From an uncultured Bacteroidota bacterium (GTDB taxonomy: Bacteria > Bacteroidota > Bacteroidia > UKL13-3): a stretch of DNA of 33,076 bases. Shown here piece after piece: positions 27,714 to 33,076 of the stretch. Both the position numbers and the translations under genes were made by a program. The stretch is taken from the NCBI GenBank assembly GCA_903888395.1, contig CAISTO010000257.1, forward strand, positions 1 to 33,076. Direction: 5' to 3'. Each line of letters starts with the position of its first letter. The first letter of the stretch is position 1. Below the pieces are notes generated by a model. It did no database searches and was not told the origin of the DNA. It worked only from the letters and a program-made list of their open reading frames with translations.

Positions 27714-28415
27714 TTAATATTCAATAGTTAAATGGTTGAGGTTTTCTTCACTATGAATTGATCTATGAAACTTTTCATATTCATTCTTACTTCCAAACCA
27801 TTCCATTACTTGGTGTTTGGATAGTTTACTTGATTTATTGGACATATGTCCATGGTATGATGAGTGAGCATAATCTTTAAAATCATTTACAAATCCATGC
27901 TTTTGTGGATTGAAATGTATGTACCAAATTAGTTGGGTAAAATATGTTTCCGAATTAACCAGTTTTCTTTTAAAAGGTGTTTCAAAAAGGCCACCGGTTC
28001 TACTTTGAGATTTATTTATACTTTTGGTGTAAGAGTTAAACAAATCAGAAAATTTTTTACTAACTAATCTATCTGGTGAGTGTAAACCTTTATTTGCATA
28101 TAGACCTGACAGGTTTTTAAAACCTGTCAGGTCTTTGCTGTTTTTAAAACTTGTCAGGTCATCGCTACTTTTAAAATTTGTTAGGTCCTCGTTAATCTCA
28201 AAACCAGACATTTCTTTTACTCGTACCAATAAATGAAAATGATTTCCTAACAAACAATACGCAAATGTCTCCAAAACTTCATCCATATAAAAAGAGTATT
28301 TTTGTAAGAAATACAAATAATTCCTTTCCTCAAAAAACAAATTAGTTCCATTTATACCTCTATTGTATATATGATAATACTTTCCTAGTTCTAATGGGCT
28401 TTCATTTGTTTTCAT
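27714..28415 (-). CDS. REP-associated tyrosine transposase (RAYT / IS200-like Y1 HUH nuclease)
   Basis: 'YYHIYNRG', HUH motif 'YCLLGNHFHLL', 'RTGGLF', catalytic-Tyr region 'YIHFNPQKHG' and 'SSY'. Flanked by palindromes; no TnpB partner. Confidence 0.88.
   Translation of the reverse strand: MKTNESPLELGKYYHIYNRGINGTNLFFEERNYLYFLQKYSFYMDEVLETFAYCLLGNHFHLLVRVKEMSGFEINEDLTNFKSSDDLTSFKNSKDLTGFKNLSGLYANKGLHSPDRLVSKKFSDLFNSYTKSINKSQSRTGGLFETPFKRKLVNSETYFTQLIWYIHFNPQKHGFVNDFKDYAHSSYHGHMSNKSSKLSKHQVMEWFGSKNEYEKFHRSIHSEENLNHLTIEY
28102..28214. repeat. Intragenic REP palindrome plus in-frame 27-bp tandem half-repeats
   Basis: Full palindrome 28102-28134 is identical to 27671-27703. Units start at 28114, 28141, 28168 and (degenerate) 28195, encoding 'KEMSGFEIN-EDLTNFKSS-DDLTSFKNS-KDLTGFKNL-SGL'. 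Confidence 0.9.
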
Positions 28416-28431
28416 GTTTTTTCTGTTTATC

Positions 28432-28521
28432 AGACCTGACAGGTTTTAAAAACCTGTCAGGTCTTTGTATTTTAAAACCTGTCAGGTCTTTGTATTTAAA
28501 ACCTGTCAGGTCTTTGTATCT
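28432..28521. repeat. REP palindrome plus tandem half-repeats upstream of RAYT
   Basis: Palindrome 28432-28464 (centre a), with aaaacctgtcaggtctttgtat units at 28449, 28474 and 28498 (25/24/24 bp) running into the upstream gene's stop codon. Confidence 0.92.
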
Positions 28522-31027
28522 AAAACTTCATTTGTAACCTCACATTCAATCTGCGAGATGTTAAATAGTTTGGAACTGCCCAAGTTTGTGCTGTGGCGTC
28601 TTGTAGCCAGGTATAACTAATGGTATTGTCAACGCCTAACATATTAAATACTTCCACAGCAATATTTGCATATTTGATATTTTTTTTAAAGAAAGTATTT
28701 CTTTGTTTTGGCTTTAAATTGATGGCTATTAAATCTTTTGTAAAACCAATATCAACCCTGCGGTAACTAGGCATGGTATTGATATCGTTATACCTATTTT
28801 GGTCAGGAATTCCAAATGGAAAACCACTTCCATAAACTAACATTAAGTTTACTTTATAACTTGGATTGTTTGGAAAATAATCTTGAAATAATATGGCAAA
28901 TTGTAATGCTTGATTGGTTAAACGAGGAATGAATCTTTCAGTTTCTAAAACTCCCGCTTTAGTATATTGACCACTAATTATTTCTTGTGTGTTCATTAAA
29001 CTTAAACTTGCCCAACTTTCAGTTCCACGAACAAATTCTCCATTTACCCTTAAGTCTATACCAGTGGCGTACCCACGTGATATATTATCAGCAAAATAAC
29101 GAATGCGAACATTGTCAATTTCATAAGGAATGAGGTTACTTAAATCTTTATAATAAGCTTCTGCAGTAAATTTAAATGGTCGGTTCCAAGCTTTAAAATT
29201 CATTTCAGCACCTAATACATAATGAATAGATTTTTGCGATTTAATATTGGAATTTAAAGTGCCATCAAAGCCACGTAATTCTCTATAAAAAGGTGTTTGA
29301 TAATACCAACCATAAGATGCTTTTATAATCCAATTTTTGCGCATTTTACTGCTCCAATTTGAATCTGTTTTATTGGTTTCAAATATTTGTTTATTGTGTT
29401 TTTTGTTGGGTTCAAATGAAAACTGAAACCTAGGACTGATAACATTTTCGTTGGTAAAACTCCACCAATTGCTGCGTATTCCGTAAGTTAAAACCATGTT
29501 GTTTTGGCTGTTTAAAACCCGAGTATTTTGAACATAAGCATTCAGTCTAAATGTATTTAATGAAATACTGGTTCTTAAATAATCCAGTAAGGTTAAATTA
29601 CCATTTGAATCCAAAGTAGGTTGCGCAAAACCCGCGCTATCTCTATAATTCCATTCCTTTAATTTGTCGTTTATATTTTCAGTTTGAACAAATGTACCCC
29701 ATTGAATATTGTTTTTCCCTTTGTTATAACTTCCTCTATGACCAATGTTTATAACAGTTGCTTCTATTCCATTTCTGGCATTATTGATAAAATAACCAAC
29801 TCCTTTTAACGATTTTGCCCTTCCAAAATTTGCACTTCCTTGATCTGTTTCTAATTCGCTTAAACGGTATGCACCTTCTATGGTAAAAAGTTCGTTTTCA
29901 TTGCTGTAAAACATGGAGCTTATCAACTTCAATTGTAACCTTCGGGTTGGATTGTATACCAAACTTGCGGCTGAAGTTGTGGTTCTATATTCCATTAAAT
30001 CAGCGCCATCAAAATATACATTTAATTGCAAAGCTTGTTTCACAGTTCCAAAAGTAGTTTGCCTATCGGTTGGCACTAAAAAATACCTATTTTGAGCATA
30101 ACTGCTCAGTATACTAAAACTTAAATCAGAACGAAGATGATAAGTTAATAAAGCTTGAACATCGGTAAATGATGGCTGATAATCGCCTTTGGTATCTAGG
30201 GTTGAAACAACATATTTATTACTCCAATATCGTGCGCCAATTAAATAGGTAAATCGTAAATTTTTACTAGCACCTTCGGTTGATGCTTGAACACCTAACA
30301 AACCAACATTTAGGGAAGATGCCGTCTTTTTAGGATCTTTATATTTAATGTCTAAAACAGAACTCATTTTATCGCCATATTTGGCTTCAAATCCTCCTGC
30401 ACTAAATTTAATACTTTTTACTAAATCAGAATGAATAAAACTTAATCCTTCTTGCTGCCCACTTCTGGGTAAAAAGGGCCTGTAAATTTCAATATCATTT
30501 ACGTAAACCAAATTTTCGTCAAAGTTTCCACCACGCACATTATACTGAGCGCTCAATTCATTATTGGATGAAACACCTGGTAACGTTTTTAAAATTTGTT
30601 CTACCCCAGGAATTGGAGTTGGATTTATACTTAATTGTTTTGCATCAATGGTAAATGAACTGATTTGTTCCCTGTATCTTTCTTCTTTTATTTCAACTGC
30701 ACTTAAAACTAAACCAATATTTAGGTTTACATTTAACTCATATTTTTCCTTTGGTTTCAATGCCGGAATGTCAAAATTTTCACCTTTACTTCCAAAATAG
30801 TTAAAGCGTAATTTTATTGCATTGTTTGCATTTACAGTTATTTTATAATAACCATTTTCATTCGTTAAGCCAACAATATTTTCATTGATAACCGATACTG
30901 TAACGCCATCCATTAATTGGCCCAAACTATCGCGAACCAAACCACTAATACTTGCTTTTTCGTTTTGGGCTATTGCAAAATTATTTGCACCAATTAAAAG
31001 CAATAAAAAACAAAAGAATCTTTGCAT
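28520..31027 (-). CDS. TonB-dependent outer-membrane receptor
   Basis: Signal peptide, carboxypeptidase-like domain, plug 'LPGVSSNNELSAQYNVRGGNFDENLVYVNDIEIYRP', 'GGFEAKYGDKMSSVLDI' and a terminal Phe. Confidence 0.92.
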   Translation of the reverse strand: MQRFFCFLLLLIGANNFAIAQNEKASISGLVRDSLGQLMDGVTVSVINENIVGLTNENGYYKITVNANNAIKLRFNYFGSKGENFDIPALKPKEKYELNVNLNIGLVLSAVEIKEERYREQISSFTIDAKQLSINPTPIPGVEQILKTLPGVSSNNELSAQYNVRGGNFDENLVYVNDIEIYRPFLPRSGQQEGLSFIHSDLVKSIKFSAGGFEAKYGDKMSSVLDIKYKDPKKTASSLNVGLLGVQASTEGASKNLRFTYLIGARYWSNKYVVSTLDTKGDYQPSFTDVQALLTYHLRSDLSFSILSSYAQNRYFLVPTDRQTTFGTVKQALQLNVYFDGADLMEYRTTTSAASLVYNPTRRLQLKLISSMFYSNENELFTIEGAYRLSELETDQGSANFGRAKSLKGVGYFINNARNGIEATVINIGHRGSYNKGKNNIQWGTFVQTENINDKLKEWNYRDSAGFAQPTLDSNGNLTLLDYLRTSISLNTFRLNAYVQNTRVLNSQNNMVLTYGIRSNWWSFTNENVISPRFQFSFEPNKKHNKQIFETNKTDSNWSSKMRKNWIIKASYGWYYQTPFYRELRGFDGTLNSNIKSQKSIHYVLGAEMNFKAWNRPFKFTAEAYYKDLSNLIPYEIDNVRIRYFADNISRGYATGIDLRVNGEFVRGTESWASLSLMNTQEIISGQYTKAGVLETERFIPRLTNQALQFAILFQDYFPNNPSYKVNLMLVYGSGFPFGIPDQNRYNDINTMPSYRRVDIGFTKDLIAINLKPKQRNTFFKKNIKYANIAVEVFNMLGVDNTISYTWLQDATAQTWAVPNYLTSRRLNVRLQMKF

Positions 31028-31184
31028 CAAATAATTTAAAAAGTTGAGTATAGTTTTTTCTATTGCTTTGGGTTTTTGGAGAACAAAGGCAATAATAACT
31101 TTTTTAGTATAATTTTTTTTGTAAAGTTTAGTTTACCAAAACAATTTCAAAAACAACGTTCAATATAATGGTAAAGTATATTCA

Positions 31185-31217
31185 TAAAAAAAGCCGAAGT
31201 TTTTAACTTCGACTTTT
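31185..31217 (-). terminator. Rho-independent terminator
   Basis: Minus strand aaaagtcgaagtt-aaa-aacttcggctttt plus a T run (one G-U pair), about 20 nt after the stop at 31240. Confidence 0.8.
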
Positions 31218-31239
31218 AAATATTTTAAAATGCAAAATG

Positions 31240-31944
31240 CTATTGTTTGATGATTTTTTGAACTACTAAACCTTTGTCACTTAAAGCATTGATCATATAC
31301 ATGCCAGCTGGCAACGATTCAATATTTATTTCATTGCTAGGTGTATTTTGGGTTAATACTACTTTGCCCATTAAATCCAATACTTGAATATTACTGATAT
31401 TTACACCTGAAATAAAAATATTGCCGCTACTAGGATTTGGGTAAATGGTAAAATTACTTTTATCAACTCTAGGAACGCCAATTTGACTTCCATTATAATC
31501 TATAATTATTGTTATAAATTGGTGTCCAAATGCTAAGTTGCTAGCTGTAAAACCTTCGTAAACAGTAAGATTTAATCTAAATGCTCTCTGCCCCCAAAAA
31601 ACGTTGTCAGCTACAGGATTTATTTTAATTAATTTTTCGTTTCTAAATCCTATTTGACCAGGAGCAAATTCAACTTTTTGTTGGGCAGGAGTAATGCTAA
31701 AATGAACTCCGTTTACTGCATTTAATGAGAGGTCAGAACTTTTGTCTTCAACTGAAAGTATAGCTGAATATGCTTGCAAAGTGCTATCTTGTTTGGAATT
31801 ATATAAAGCAATTATTACAGATGAATTAGCATCTTTATTAGAAAAACTTTGGTAGTTTTCCTTGTAATCAAAACCATAAGATATTTGTGCTTTAGCACCA
31901 ACAAATAGCAATGTGCAAATTAATGATAAGTATATTTTTTTCAT
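31240..31944 (-). CDS. Small T9SS type A cargo protein with a degenerate Calx-beta-like domain
   Basis: Signal peptide 'AKA-Q', 'AVNGVHF...VEFAPGQ...IKINPVADN...FRLNL' and CTD 'IYPNPS...DLMGK...LPAGMY...KIIKQ'. Confidence 0.75.
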   Translation of the reverse strand: MKKIYLSLICTLLFVGAKAQISYGFDYKENYQSFSNKDANSSVIIALYNSKQDSTLQAYSAILSVEDKSSDLSLNAVNGVHFSITPAQQKVEFAPGQIGFRNEKLIKINPVADNVFWGQRAFRLNLTVYEGFTASNLAFGHQFITIIIDYNGSQIGVPRVDKSNFTIYPNPSSGNIFISGVNISNIQVLDLMGKVVLTQNTPSNEINIESLPAGMYMINALSDKGLVVQKIIKQ

Positions 31945-32036
31945 AATAGTAGTATTCGTTTCGGATTACAATAATAACGATTTGATTGATTTAAGCAAAT
32001 CAAAAATAGTTGCTTTTACTTTAAAAATAAAATATT

Positions 32037-33076
32037 TTAACGAATTCTTATTTTTTCGCCCACTTTTATTAGGTTCAAATTCCCATTATTTAACTGCCTT
32101 AAATTAGTTACAGGCACATTGAATTTTCTGCTGATTGCAAATAGTGTTTCTCCTTTTCCTACTTGATAATAATAGGGATCATTGGTATCAAGTTGCGGTT
32201 TATTTTCAGCTATCATTGAGTTTTTAACAGGTACAATTATCAATCTTTGGTCTATTTTAATGTCATTATTTTCAATGGTATTGATAGCTTTTAAATCGGA
32301 TACAGATATATTATACATTTTAGAAATTGCAAAAAGCGTTTCTCCATGTCTAACGATGTGATAACCTGGAACTGGTTGTGGTTCCTTGGTATCGGCACTT
32401 GGTAAATTAGGATTTACAATTAATTTTTGGCCAATTTCAATATTATTATTTTTCAAGGCATTTAAAAATTGCAAAGCTTCTACTTTTACGTTGTATTTTT
32501 TTGCTATTCCATATAAAGTTTCACCTGCTTGTACGGTATGAAAAAATGATAATTCAGATTTTTTTTCTTCCAAAGTGTCAAAATAACTCAATGTATTTTC
32601 ATTTATAGGATACATTGTTTCTATATTTTTCATTGGGTCTTCGTAAACTGTTTCATTTAAAACAATGGTATCAATTTTAATTACATTAGGTGAAATTTCA
32701 GTTTTTATTATTTCAACTGAATCTTTTTGAATGGTATTATCAGCTATAATAATTGCTTGTTTTCTATTATTGTTTAAATAAATTAATTGTCCAACGGCTG
32801 GTTGTTGGCTTAAAATTAAATTGTTTCTTGAAAGAATTCTTTCTATTTTTATACCAAAACGCTGAGAAATACTGTGAATATTATCTCCTTTTGCAAAAGT
32901 ATAAGTTTCAATTTCAGCTTTATTTTTTTTATGTTTTAGGTAAATGGTATCACCGGCTTTACATTCATCGTCTTTTTGTAAATCGTTGAATTTATAAATA
33001 TTGAAAACTTTAATATCATAATTTAAAGCTATTTGAGCGTAGCTTTCATTGGCTTTTGCAGTAATAGCCGGCACAC
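32037..33076 (-). CDS. Multi-LysM peptidoglycan-binding protein (5'-truncated by the window)
   Basis: Five LysM-like repeats, e.g. 'HTVQAGETLYGIAKKYNV', 'HIVRHGETLFAISKMYNI' and 'YQVGKGETLFAISRKFNV'. The frame is open to the window edge, so any N-terminal catalytic domain cannot be seen. Confidence 0.88.
   Translation of the reverse strand, partial: VPAITAKANESYAQIALNYDIKVFNIYKFNDLQKDDECKAGDTIYLKHKKNKAEIETYTFAKGDNIHSISQRFGIKIERILSRNNLILSQQPAVGQLIYLNNNRKQAIIIADNTIQKDSVEIIKTEISPNVIKIDTIVLNETVYEDPMKNIETMYPINENTLSYFDTLEEKKSELSFFHTVQAGETLYGIAKKYNVKVEALQFLNALKNNNIEIGQKLIVNPNLPSADTKEPQPVPGYHIVRHGETLFAISKMYNISVSDLKAINTIENNDIKIDQRLIIVPVKNSMIAENKPQLDTNDPYYYQVGKGETLFAISRKFNVPVTNLRQLNNGNLNLIKVGEKIRIR

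Noticed and set aside
28066-28080. 'SPDR' peptide in RAYT resembling the REP-encoded 'PDR'
   Set aside because: The codons (ccagataga) do not match cctgacagg well, so it is probably coincidence.
27671-28464. Classical IS with terminal inverted repeats, or an IS605 element with TnpB
   Set aside because: The enzyme is HUH/Y1 rather than DDE, the flanks are self-palindromes also found elsewhere, and there is no tnpB.
28432-28521. Possible mini-CRISPR array
   Set aside because: The units are head-to-tail with near-identical short linkers, there are no unique spacers, and no cas genes are present.
1774-32989. Short 60-115 aa ORFs overlapping the main genes (e.g. 1774-1974, 4416-4751, 11418-11753, 21780-22124, 32753-32989)
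   Set aside because: They are antisense or alternate-frame shadows of well-supported CDSs, with no recognisable motifs.

Overview
AT-rich chromosomal window from a Bacteroidota bacterium, inferred from T9SS C-terminal domains, a SusC/SusD pair and TAnnTTTG promoters. Left to right: tRNA-Val(TAC), an AsmA-like protein overlapping an outer-membrane beta-barrel gene, hutU, a DUF4403-like lipoprotein, a 1801-aa modular T9SS cargo protein, an S46 dipeptidyl peptidase, an intergenic cluster of palindromes, an LPP20-like lipoprotein, a YebC/PmpR protein, a stand-alone SusC/SusD pair, an overlapping chorismate mutase-U32-ferredoxin operon, an SpmAB fusion, a ClC-CBS protein, a REP-associated HUH tyrosine transposase (RAYT-like), a TonB-dependent receptor, a small T9SS protein and a truncated multi-LysM protein. 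Two things stand out. (1) The RAYT-like gene is flanked by 33-bp palindromes and carries a third copy inside its own ORF; two of the copies are followed on the same side by tandem half-palindrome arrays, and the intragenic array is in frame (27 bp) and decays progressively. (2) A chorismate mutase gene is coupled to a TrhP-like U32 Fe-S protein and a ferredoxin, suggesting a self-contained prephenate-dependent, O2-independent hydroxylation module. All family assignments come from motif recognition; no database searches were run.
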